64,000 bases of DNA, taken from contig CAWDRB010000007.1 in the NCBI GenBank assembly GCA_963804605.1, positions 107,252 through 171,251 on the forward strand, given 5' to 3'. Of the stretch, positions 54,610-63,404 are shown one piece after another. The notes under the pieces are model-generated. The model was not told the origin of the DNA. It saw only the letters and a list, made by a program, of their open reading frames with translations, and made no database searches. The translations under genes were made by a program, and so were the position numbers. Origin of the DNA: an uncultured delta proteobacterium (GTDB lineage: Bacteria; Desulfobacterota; Desulfobulbia; Desulfobulbales; Desulfocapsaceae). Position 1 is the first letter of the stretch. Every line of letters begins with the position of its first letter.

Positions 54610-55185
54610 ATGCAAACCAATTACGTAATGATCCATGATGAACGTCGCTGTATTGGCTGTCAGGCCTGCAGTGTCGCCTGCCGCAGTGAAAATGAAGTGC
54701 CAATGTCGGTATCTCGCCTGCAGGTGCATATTGAGGGGCCTTACGGGACAGTACCTGATCTTTATTTCAAGTACCACCGGGTATCATGTCAACAGTGTGC
54801 GGACACCCCTTGCGTTACCGTGTGCCCGACAGGTGCGTCGTATGTTGGCGATGATGGTATTGTTTCGGTTAAGGAGAGACTCTGCGTGGGTTGTCTGTAC
54901 TGCCTCGCCGCCTGTCCCTATAAAGTTCGTTTTGTCAACCCGGTAACCAAAGCGGCGGACAAGTGCAATTTTTGCAAAGACAGTCGGCTGATGCGCGAGG
55001 GAATACCGGCCTGTGTCGATATCTGCCCGACCAAGGCGCTTACCTTTGGTGACCGTAATGACCCAAAAAGTGAAGTGGTAAAATTGTTAAATACAGAGAT
55101 CACTTATCAGAATAAACCTGATTTAGGCACCAAACCGCGCATGTACCGCATCCCAACAAAAAGAGGAGGGATCAGCAATGGATAA
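54610..55185 (+). CDS. psrB: 4Fe-4S electron-transfer subunit (PsrB/PhsB)
   Basis: CIGCQAC, CQQCADTPC, CVGCLYC, KCNFC. Confidence 0.88.
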   Translation: MQTNYVMIHDERRCIGCQACSVACRSENEVPMSVSRLQVHIEGPYGTVPDLYFKYHRVSCQQCADTPCVTVCPTGASYVGDDGIVSVKERLCVGCLYCLAACPYKVRFVNPVTKAADKCNFCKDSRLMREGIPACVDICPTKALTFGDRNDPKSEVVKLLNTEITYQNKPDLGTKPRMYRIPTKRGGISNG

Positions 55186-56122
55186 TATTTGGGGAAGTAT
55201 GACGCAATACGACCCGGTGGTCTGGAACTGGGTAATTGCAGTGTATCTGTTTCTTGCAGGACTTTCGGCAGGAAGTATTCTTATCGGTATCGGCTTGCGC
55301 TGGACTGACAAAGACAGAGAGGAAGGCGGTGATGAAAATCCAATCCTCAAAGCTGCAGCCCTTATTGCGCCACTGGCAATCTGCCTGGGCCTTGCCTGTT
55401 TAGTTCTGGATTTGACCAAACCGTTTAACTTCTGGGTTATTCTTATTAGATATAATTTTACTTCAGTGATGGCACTTGGTGTTATAGCTCTGCTCATCTA
55501 CACCCCGCTGGCGTTTGCCTATGCTCTTATAGTGTTCCAGGAGGAACTCCGTAATCTGCCCATTCTGCCATTCATCACCAACGTGCTTGTTGGGATGCGT
55601 AAACTTATCGAGACACTTCTGCTTATAATGGGATTTGTCGTGGCGATCTATACCGGATTCCTGCTCTCAGCGATGAACTCTTATCCGCTGCTCAATACCC
55701 CCATACTCCCCGCGCTCTTTCTGTTTTCTGCTCTATCTGCTGGGGCTGCGGCCAATAACCTGGTTTCTATTATTTTTTTCAGGGCGGAGCCGGAAAATGA
55801 TCAGTCGTTGGCAATGCACCGGCTTGAGCTGCCGGTAATCAGTCTGGAAATACTCTTTTTAATCCTGATTTTTATTGGTCTCTATTTTAGAGGCGGTGTC
55901 GCTATTGCGGCAATTGCCAGCCTTTTTACAGGTATATGGGCAACTGTTTTCTGGGTTGGCGTGGTGTGTGTTGGATTTGGCATCCCCCTCCTTTCTATGT
56001 TGCTCCCAGCCTCGATGCAACATTCTCGTGGCCTAGCTGTCATTGTTGCTTTCTGCAGCTTATCAGGAGTTATTGCTCTTCGACATTTTATCCTCTATGC
56101 CGGGCAAAGCTATATCAGTTGA
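55178..56122 (+). CDS. psrC: NrfD/PsrC membrane anchor
   Basis: WVIAVYLFLAGLSAG, DLTKP, LRHFILYAGQ; about 8 TMs. Confidence 0.88.
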   Translation: MDNIWGSMTQYDPVVWNWVIAVYLFLAGLSAGSILIGIGLRWTDKDREEGGDENPILKAAALIAPLAICLGLACLVLDLTKPFNFWVILIRYNFTSVMALGVIALLIYTPLAFAYALIVFQEELRNLPILPFITNVLVGMRKLIETLLLIMGFVVAIYTGFLLSAMNSYPLLNTPILPALFLFSALSAGAAANNLVSIIFFRAEPENDQSLAMHRLELPVISLEILFLILIFIGLYFRGGVAIAAIASLFTGIWATVFWVGVVCVGFGIPLLSMLLPASMQHSRGLAVIVAFCSLSGVIALRHFILYAGQSYIS

Positions 56123-56140
56123 TTGAGCCGTCTCAATGAG

Positions 56141-56174
56141 CCGATAGACTATTACCTACGTGATAGTCTATCGG
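56141..56174. terminator. Inverted repeat after psrC
   Basis: CCGATAGACTAT...ATAGTCTATCGG. Confidence 0.55.
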
Positions 56175-56294
56175 ATTGTAATTCATTGCTTTACAAGCAT
56201 CTTCAATTCCTGTAGGAATCCATTATAATTGAATGTGTTCAACTCGACACTGGTCGTATCGTTGTTTGTTAAATAGTTCATCAAGGAGAAAAAT

Positions 56295-57203
56295 ATGCAG
56301 AGTAAAACAGTAGTAGCTTTGTTAGTCATGCTTGCTCTGGCAATGCCTGCACTGGCCATTGAATTGCCTAAAGATGCTGGTCCGGTCTTTGACAAGTCAT
56401 CGACTGCTTATTCGTCGTCTTTTAAGTTTAACAGCCTGCTTGAGGCCTATGGCCTGAAGATGGATCCTGCCGCGGTATCCGGAGTTCCTTCTTCTTATGC
56501 TCAAGTTGTCGATGATAAGGTTGTATTTAACGACAGTTCCATTGCTTATTCTCCTGCCGATTACCACTCTATCCTCACCGCCTATGGCCTCGAGCTCCCA
56601 CTGTCAGCAGTGAGCGAGAAATTGGTTAGCCTGTCGTATGCAATTGTTAAAGATGATAAAATTTCCTTTTCGGACGTCTCGACCGCATACAGCAAAGATG
56701 AGTGGGTTACAATTCTCGGTGCATATTCCCTGCCTGCAGTGGCTGCACCAGCTCCGGTTGCGGCACCAGCCATGCCGGCGGACAGTGATGGCGATGGTGT
56801 AACCGATGCAAACGATGATTGTCCTAATACACCCAAAGGCGTAGTTGTCAACGAGAGAGGTTGCTGGGCCTTCTCGGACGGATTGTTGTTTGCTTTTGAC
56901 AGCTCGGTAGTCAAGCCGGAATTCTATCCGGTTTTAGATGACACGAAAAGCGCATTCGATCAGAACCCAACCATGAAGGTGGAGATTTCCGGCAACACGG
57001 ATAGCACCGGTTCAGAGGTATATAACCAGAAACTGTCAGAGAAGCGGGCAAAAGCCGTGCTGAATTATTTGGTTAACACTGTGGGTATTGACGCCGGTCG
57101 CTTGAGTGCAGTCGGGTATGGAGAGTCCAAGCCCGGCTTCCCCAATGACACCGAAGCAAATCGGGCCAAAAACAGAAGGGTTGTTTTCACTCCTGTAATG
57201 TAG
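56295..57203 (+). CDS. OmpA-C domain protein with three N-terminal repeats and a TSP3-like Ca motif
   Basis: Signal peptide, 3x S(T/I)AYS..L.AY.L, DSDGDGV..DDCPNTP, NQKLSEKRAKAV, NRRV. Confidence 0.85.
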   Translation: MQSKTVVALLVMLALAMPALAIELPKDAGPVFDKSSTAYSSSFKFNSLLEAYGLKMDPAAVSGVPSSYAQVVDDKVVFNDSSIAYSPADYHSILTAYGLELPLSAVSEKLVSLSYAIVKDDKISFSDVSTAYSKDEWVTILGAYSLPAVAAPAPVAAPAMPADSDGDGVTDANDDCPNTPKGVVVNERGCWAFSDGLLFAFDSSVVKPEFYPVLDDTKSAFDQNPTMKVEISGNTDSTGSEVYNQKLSEKRAKAVLNYLVNTVGIDAGRLSAVGYGESKPGFPNDTEANRAKNRRVVFTPVM

Positions 57204-57260
57204 AATGACTGCTTTGATCGGCCGTACGTTCGATCAAACGCTGTGATGCACCAATAACAA

Positions 57261-57297
57261 TCCATGGAGTGATGCCTTGTTACTCCATGGACTTTTT
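57261..57297 (+). terminator. Rho-independent terminator
   Basis: TCCATGGAGT...ACTCCATGGA followed by CTTTTT, between convergent genes. Confidence 0.6.
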
Positions 57298-57385
57298 GCG
57301 CTGCAGCCGGAGTAGTCCGGCCTGCTGGTCTTGAGGGTACTCTGGTCAGCTCCCTCCGAACTGACAATCACGAGCAGATAAAATT

Positions 57386-59743
57386 TTATGTTCTTCTGAG
57401 GCGGCGACTTCCATCCACTTGCTTGCCAACCATTTCTCTTATAATCGTAATGGTTTCACTGGCGGCCTCCTTAGGGTCCAGAGCCGTGTTGGCGATATTG
57501 CAGACGAGTTTGGTAACATCGTGGTCGACTCTCTTCGCTTGCCATGACTTGCCTTTTAGCACCGTGATATACACCGAATAGGAGTGATGCATGGTGCCGG
57601 GCCGCTCGCCAATTATATGTAAAATTCCACGGAAACTCTCGGGATCTGCGTTTTCAAAAAGCAATTCGCCGATCTCGTATCCAGCCCGGACCCTGCCGCC
57701 GGTGACGACGATATTTTCCTCACTCATCGGCACTTCAGCTTCTGCCAGCAACGTCCTCAATTCATCCAGGTAGGGTGTCAGATGGCCTTCATCCATGATA
57801 GCCTTGGCGTTCAGGCCATCGGAGATCACAATCTGGCCCTTTGGAGGACTTGCTCCCCATGAGTCGCGCAGTTTTTTCAGCGCTTCGATAGCCTGGGGTG
57901 CCAGCTTTTCACCAGTTGGCGGGTGGGCAATATAGTTTTCCCGATCCTTGGCTAAGGTACGGATCGGCAGAACATTGGGGATGGTCTTGATAAATTCAGG
58001 AGTAAGTTCAGACCAGAGGGACACCTTGGCGTCATCGTAATACGATTTCACCTTGGCAGCGAGCTCAGGGTTAAGGTCCCACAGATTTTCCCCGTGGCCC
58101 GTGGCCAGGTCGACGCCCCGGCTGTCAACTTCTTTCATTTTCTCCTGCCCTTCGGCGTAGATTGCCTCTTGGGTGCGCTGGTCGCCCTTAGCCAGCAGAT
58201 ACTGGTAATAGACCCAGAGTGGATCGCCAAAATGTTCGGTGTACCGGTCGGCTGCATCGACAATGCCAATCTGTTTATAGAAGTCCCACATTGCATCGTT
58301 TACTTTGTAACCGAATTTGTGTCGCAGGCGGACATGGTCCTGAAACGCCGTGGAAAGATAGCTTAACATCGGGTCGTTTTTGGTGGGCAGGGCAATCAGG
58401 TAGGCGGGATTGGCCGGCATAATCTGGTCCTGGCACCAGTCCAGATCCTCCAGGGTGACGTCCATGTGCAGCGTTGAACAGATATCGAGGCCGATAGTCA
58501 AGCCATGCAGCTTGGCCATAACGATATCTTCCAGGCAGCATCGAACCAGTTGTTCACGACTCTTGAATACCTCCGGCCCGATAAACCCAGCAACATCATT
58601 AACATGGAGCCATGCTCCCCTGGGCTGCACCTTGGCGAGTTCAATGCCTATCGCTCTGCTAAAGCCATACTTCCGGGACTCGAGCACCATCATGTCCACT
58701 CCATTGGCAACGCCGTTGGTGAACTCAGATCCCTGGCCGGTTTCAAAATAGAGGCCGTACCTTTCTCCTTTCTTGGCATGGGCATATTTCTTTATTTTCT
58801 CAATGGTTACATCAAATGTCTTATTGCAGTCATCGGTACCGGCGAGGCTCTGGAACATGGTCGCAACCGATCCCGGGTATTTCTTGCTCACCTCTGCCTG
58901 GACGTCGATATGGGAAAGTACGCACCAGGGAATGGTGTCGGTTAATTTGAACGTATCAACGATGTCCTTGAGGGCCTTTTGAACAATGGCGACGCTCTCA
59001 ACCTGGCTGTCCACCGGATTGGTTCCGATAACGATATCGCCGGTTGCATAGGCAAAGGCATTAAACGTCTGCCAGGCGACATCATCCGGGTGATCTGTTG
59101 GCGAATTGGGCTGAATCCGAGCGCCCAGATAACCTTTGGCCCCCATCTTCGTGCCGGGCAGTACATTGAAAATCTTCTGGCCAAGGGTAATTAACTCTTC
59201 ATTGGTCATAAGCTTGGGAACACAGCCGATGGTATCACTGGTCAGGCCATACATGATCCCCTTGATTTCTGCCTCGGGTTCGGTCAAAAGATATGTCTTG
59301 AGCTCAGCCATGGTCCAGTCTTTAACCTTTTCGTACTGGGCCTGATCAGTCGTTTCCCAGATCAGTTCCTGCAGGTTGTCGACCAGCAGGGGATGTTCAT
59401 TGAGGTCCTTTATTCTGGTGGTAGCCAGAAGGGTGCGGGCGTTTTGCAGGGTCGCTTCATCCTCGGCACCCACCCCGATGGTCTGATCTCCTTCTTTGAA
59501 GGCATTCGAGGCACCAATCACCTGTTGAAAGAGGGTTTGGTCAAATCCCCCTTTAACCCTGGAGATATAGGCAAAGACATCCTCACCCTGCTGTAACTCC
59601 TTGATTGACATATTTTCGCCGGCAAACGCGTGTTTGACACCGAGCGTGTATCCTAGAAACGTGATGCCGGCAGCGGTCAGTATCTCCATGAATGTTCGAC
59701 GCGATATTCCTTCGTGTGCTTTCGACAACAAGTCTTTACCCAT
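57386..59743 (-). CDS. eutB: Fused ethanolamine ammonia-lyase EutB-EutC with a Tat signal peptide
   Basis: SRRTFM + hydrophobic stretch + AFA; EutB ARIQPNSPTD, GTNP, YFETGQG, GFIGPE, DPMLSY; EutC ISDGLNA, GRVRAG, IGERPG in one 785-aa ORF. Confidence 0.88.
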   Translation of the reverse strand: MGKDLLSKAHEGISRRTFMEILTAAGITFLGYTLGVKHAFAGENMSIKELQQGEDVFAYISRVKGGFDQTLFQQVIGASNAFKEGDQTIGVGAEDEATLQNARTLLATTRIKDLNEHPLLVDNLQELIWETTDQAQYEKVKDWTMAELKTYLLTEPEAEIKGIMYGLTSDTIGCVPKLMTNEELITLGQKIFNVLPGTKMGAKGYLGARIQPNSPTDHPDDVAWQTFNAFAYATGDIVIGTNPVDSQVESVAIVQKALKDIVDTFKLTDTIPWCVLSHIDVQAEVSKKYPGSVATMFQSLAGTDDCNKTFDVTIEKIKKYAHAKKGERYGLYFETGQGSEFTNGVANGVDMMVLESRKYGFSRAIGIELAKVQPRGAWLHVNDVAGFIGPEVFKSREQLVRCCLEDIVMAKLHGLTIGLDICSTLHMDVTLEDLDWCQDQIMPANPAYLIALPTKNDPMLSYLSTAFQDHVRLRHKFGYKVNDAMWDFYKQIGIVDAADRYTEHFGDPLWVYYQYLLAKGDQRTQEAIYAEGQEKMKEVDSRGVDLATGHGENLWDLNPELAAKVKSYYDDAKVSLWSELTPEFIKTIPNVLPIRTLAKDRENYIAHPPTGEKLAPQAIEALKKLRDSWGASPPKGQIVISDGLNAKAIMDEGHLTPYLDELRTLLAEAEVPMSEENIVVTGGRVRAGYEIGELLFENADPESFRGILHIIGERPGTMHHSYSVYITVLKGKSWQAKRVDHDVTKLVCNIANTALDPKEAASETITIIREMVGKQVDGSRRLRRT

Positions 59744-59890
59744 AGCTCACTCCTTTCTGGTATGCAGTTAAAATTCAATCAAGGCATTAGGGACAGAATA
59801 CGTATATCTTCTGATATTTTAACCAAACAAATACAATCAATATGTGTCTCACAACAGATAAGGCTGAACATCACCCCTTCTTGTTTGTAA

Positions 59891-59937
59891 ACTATGCGTA
59901 CAAAATACGCTGATGGCATCACCCAAAAGTTGTAAAA
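59891..59937 (-). promoter_or_regulatory. Conserved activator box 3 + -10-like hexamer facing eutBC
   Basis: Reverse complement of 59917-59937 is identical (21/21) to 52195-52215; CATAGT begins 21 bp downstream on the minus strand. Confidence 0.75.
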
Positions 59938-60053
59938 CAACAAAGAAAAATGGTGTAGAGTGCGATGCTTCCAAGTCAATAGGTTGAAAAACAATCGAAA
60001 CTGGAATACGGTGCATATACCATTAACAATCAATGATATCTCAATAGGAGATC

Positions 60054-62798
60054 ATGCCAGACGATATGGATGACAGCATTATCCTTCATACCAAATTGCA
60101 CCGACCGCATATCTCTAAAGATCATCTCCATCGTGGAGATTTGCTGGCAAAGCTTAGCCGGCAGAAGAACAGATCTCTTACTCTGGTATCGGCGCCCGCT
60201 GGTTACGGCAAGAGTACCCTGGTGACTTGCTGGCTGGATGACTGCGGCATGCCAGGTTCTTGGGTGTCCCTGGATCAGAATGACAGTGATACAAGGGTTT
60301 TTCTTGCTTATTTTATTGCTGCTATCCAACAGATATTTCCCCGCGCCTGTAGTGGAACGCTGTCAATGCTCAGGACTGTCCACTTACCTCCCGTTGCGGT
60401 ATTAGCTAAAAGTTTAATCAACGAGCTCGATCAGATATCTGACCACTTTATTCTGGTCCTGGACGACTATCACCTTATTCGCAATAAAAATATTCATCAA
60501 TTTATTACCAAGCTCCTGACTTATCCCACTCTTGGCATGTGTCTGGTGCTGATTTGCCGGCGGGATCCGCCACTGCCGCTGGCCACGCTGCGGGCCGGGG
60601 GACAGATGACCGAGATAAGAGCCCGGGATCTGCGCTTTTCCTTTAGTGAGACGAAACAGTTGCTGCAACAAATACTGGAGGAGCCTGTCGATGACGCCGT
60701 CGTAGCCATTGTAGAGGACAAGACAGAAGGCTGGGTCACCGGTCTGTGTCTGGCAGCATTTTCCTTTCGCAAGAGGGAGATTTCCGAGCTGAAGCTGACT
60801 CATTTGCAATTGGAAAATCGATATCTTATGGACTATGTCGTAGCCGAGATTATTTCCCAGCAACAGCCGGCCGCACAGGATTATCTGTTGAAGTGTTCGA
60901 TTCTAAATCGCTTTTGTGCTCCTCTTTGCGATGCAGTCTGCAAACCATCCAAAGGACCAGATGCAGACGATTTAGATGGCAGTAATTTTTTAAGGACGCT
61001 GGATAGCAATGAACTTTTCGTCATTCCTCTAGACGACGAGGGTATATGGTTTCGGTATCACCATTTGTTTCAGACCATCTTGAAACGCCGCCTCAAAAAA
61101 CAAGTCAACGCAGAAGAGATTGCAAGGCTGAATAAATTAGCCAGCACCTGGTTTGCCGATAATGGATATATCAACGAGGCAATCTTCCATGTTTTTGAGA
61201 GCGGAGATAATGAGGTATCAGCCCGCCTGGTGAAGCAATTCAGGCGCGATATTATCAGCCGGGAACAGTGGTTTAATTTAGACCGTTGGCTGCAGAGATT
61301 TCCGATCGATTACTTAAGAACAGATCCTGAATTGTTGTTGGCCAAAGCCTGGGTATACCAACGACAGGCTCGTTATATAAATCTTTTCAAAATTTTAGAC
61401 GAGATTGAGTGTCTGGTGTCGAAAAAGGTTGGGGAACCTGCCGTTGCTCATTCTTTATGGGGGGAAATCCAGCTATTACGCAGTTTTCAATATTACGCAA
61501 CCGGCCAGGCCAAATTGTCAGAGACTACGGCCAGGGACGCTCTGGACCACCTTCCCCGGCAAAATAGCAGCCACCGCGGCTTTGCCCTTTTAATCATCTC
61601 GGCGGCATTGCAAATGCAAGGAAGCCTGCACCTGGCCTACCAGGTAGTGCATGAGGCAATGGCCAGCGATGAGGTGTTGATTCCTATATATAAAAACATG
61701 TTGCTGGTTACCCTGTGTTATACCAGTTGGATCGCCGCCGATTCAAAAAAACTAAAACTTGCGGCAGGACAAACCATAAAGCACGGAGAGGAAAACGACC
61801 TTCCTGAAACCACGTATATTGGCCGATTTTTTTTTGGGATTTTATGTTATCAGCAAAACCAACTGGCTTTGGCGGAGAGCTTTCTGTCATCAGTTGGCAC
61901 TTCCCCGGTCACCGATGAGTTGGTCATTCCCAGTATTGTGACGTATTGCCAGAGTATGCTCGCTCTGTCTTCAACGTACCTGGCAATGGGCCGCAAGAAA
62001 GAGGCAAGTGATGTTGTTGAGGCAATTGTCGAATATATGTTTGAGACAGAAAATGTTGATCTGCTGGAACTCTGCCAGGCGTTTCAAGCTGATTTGACTG
62101 TGCGGATGGGAAAGATTGGCGAGGCGGAAATATGGCAAAAAAATCATATTCAAAAGCCACCTGCACCATCGTATCGTTTTTATACGGCTGATCTGACCCC
62201 GGTTCGGATCCTTCTGGCGAGGAGAACGGCTGAAACTCTCGGTGAAGCAGAGAAACTCCTTAGCCAGCAATACAATTATAATGTGAGTATCCATAATACC
62301 CGCATGCTGATAGATATCCTGGCTATGCAAGCCCTGGTCCTTAATGCCCAGAGTGATGAGACCAGAGCGCTTGGTAAACTGATGGAGGCGCTGGCTCTGG
62401 CTGAGCCTGGTGGTTTCATTCGTCCATTTCTGGATCAGGGATTGGTCATGGCAGAGCTCCTGGGGCGTCTATTAGAACAAAAGCCTGCCTTGGGATATGC
62501 GGGACAGGTCTGTGCGGCATTTGCCGGCAATAAAGACGACATAGACAAGAAGCAATACTTCAATAAAAAAACCTCTCCCCAATTTCTCGCCGATGACCAT
62601 TTTTCTCCCCCTCTGTCTAATCGTGAAATCGAGGTGCTCACCGCTCTCGCTGAAGGTCTGAGCAATAATGAAATTGCCGATACTCTGTATATTTCAACCG
62701 AAACCGTTAAAAGGCATCTCTCCACCATCTACCAGAAGCTGGATGTGAAAAACCGTCATCAGGCGGTCATAACCGGAAAATCCATTGGAATTCTGTAA
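60054..62798 (+). CDS. MalT-like STAND ATPase / LuxR-HTH transcriptional regulator
   Basis: TKLHRP, APAGYGKST, LVLDDYH, TEGW, FRYHHLF, helical repeats, LSNREIEVL..TVKRHLSTIYQKL. Confidence 0.93.
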   Translation: MPDDMDDSIILHTKLHRPHISKDHLHRGDLLAKLSRQKNRSLTLVSAPAGYGKSTLVTCWLDDCGMPGSWVSLDQNDSDTRVFLAYFIAAIQQIFPRACSGTLSMLRTVHLPPVAVLAKSLINELDQISDHFILVLDDYHLIRNKNIHQFITKLLTYPTLGMCLVLICRRDPPLPLATLRAGGQMTEIRARDLRFSFSETKQLLQQILEEPVDDAVVAIVEDKTEGWVTGLCLAAFSFRKREISELKLTHLQLENRYLMDYVVAEIISQQQPAAQDYLLKCSILNRFCAPLCDAVCKPSKGPDADDLDGSNFLRTLDSNELFVIPLDDEGIWFRYHHLFQTILKRRLKKQVNAEEIARLNKLASTWFADNGYINEAIFHVFESGDNEVSARLVKQFRRDIISREQWFNLDRWLQRFPIDYLRTDPELLLAKAWVYQRQARYINLFKILDEIECLVSKKVGEPAVAHSLWGEIQLLRSFQYYATGQAKLSETTARDALDHLPRQNSSHRGFALLIISAALQMQGSLHLAYQVVHEAMASDEVLIPIYKNMLLVTLCYTSWIAADSKKLKLAAGQTIKHGEENDLPETTYIGRFFFGILCYQQNQLALAESFLSSVGTSPVTDELVIPSIVTYCQSMLALSSTYLAMGRKKEASDVVEAIVEYMFETENVDLLELCQAFQADLTVRMGKIGEAEIWQKNHIQKPPAPSYRFYTADLTPVRILLARRTAETLGEAEKLLSQQYNYNVSIHNTRMLIDILAMQALVLNAQSDETRALGKLMEALALAEPGGFIRPFLDQGLVMAELLGRLLEQKPALGYAGQVCAAFAGNKDDIDKKQYFNKKTSPQFLADDHFSPPLSNREIEVLTALAEGLSNNEIADTLYISTETVKRHLSTIYQKLDVKNRHQAVITGKSIGIL

Positions 62799-62865
62799 AG
62801 ATACCAACCTTCGTATACCATATTTCTGCAAACTATCATGACAGCGACCTTGTCTGGTGTGTTAA

Positions 62866-62920
62866 TATAACTTTATTACAACTTTCGGGTGATGATTTAG
62901 GCGTTTTTTATGGCTATTAT
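62866..62920 (+). promoter_or_regulatory. Conserved activator box 4 + -10
   Basis: TTACAACTTTCGGGTGATG (62876-62894); TATTAT at 62915. Confidence 0.72.
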
Positions 62921-63128
62921 AAGCTCATATCAATCTATCAGCCAAAAGAAGGTCGATAAAAAATGGCTATCATCTTGTGGCTAGGTCCTTTGGTTGTTCA
63001 ACTGCAGCCGAATTGCGTTCTTTATTCTCTGTAAATTGGTTGCTTGGCACCCCTCGTGGTATAAAGACAAGAGGGGCTAACCCATCCTCTTGGTGCGGAA
63101 ACTCAACTCACCAGCAAAGGAGAAAATC

Positions 63129-63224
63129 ATGGCAAAAGATAAGAAGAAAAAAGGCGACAAGAAAGAGAGTAAGAAAAAAGATGAGAAGAAAGGCAAAAAA
63201 AGTAAGAAGGATAAAAAGAAATAA
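63129..63224 (+). CDS. 31-aa Lys-rich micro-protein
   Basis: AAGGAG RBS; MAKDKKKKGDKKESKKKDEKKGKKSKKDKKK*; hairpin follows. Confidence 0.65.
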   Translation: MAKDKKKKGDKKESKKKDEKKGKKSKKDKKK

Positions 63225-63237
63225 TACAGTTTGAATA

Positions 63238-63265
63238 AGGGCTGCTCGCTTCATAGCAGCCTTTA
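63238..63265 (+). terminator. Terminator after the micro-protein
   Basis: GGCTGCT...AGCAGCC followed by TTTA. Confidence 0.55.
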
Positions 63266-63404
63266 TCCAGTCATTTGCAATTTAAATCCAATCCCTTAAT
63301 AATCTCTTTTTACATAATATAATGAAAAGAGTATTCAATTCAAATTGCCTATTTGGGCATTAGTTAAAGTATCGACAAAACCTGTTTTACAGGAGGATTG
63401 TGAT

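Noticed and set aside
63044-63060. TTGGCACCCCTCGTGGT as a sigma54 promoter for the micro-protein
   Set aside because: Good -24 element, but GG instead of GC at -12; too weak to call.
62977-63234. 85-aa Arg/Lys-rich ORF in the track
   Set aside because: Alternative frame over the purine-rich micro-protein, with a GTG start and no clear RBS; the frame at 63129 has a strong RBS.
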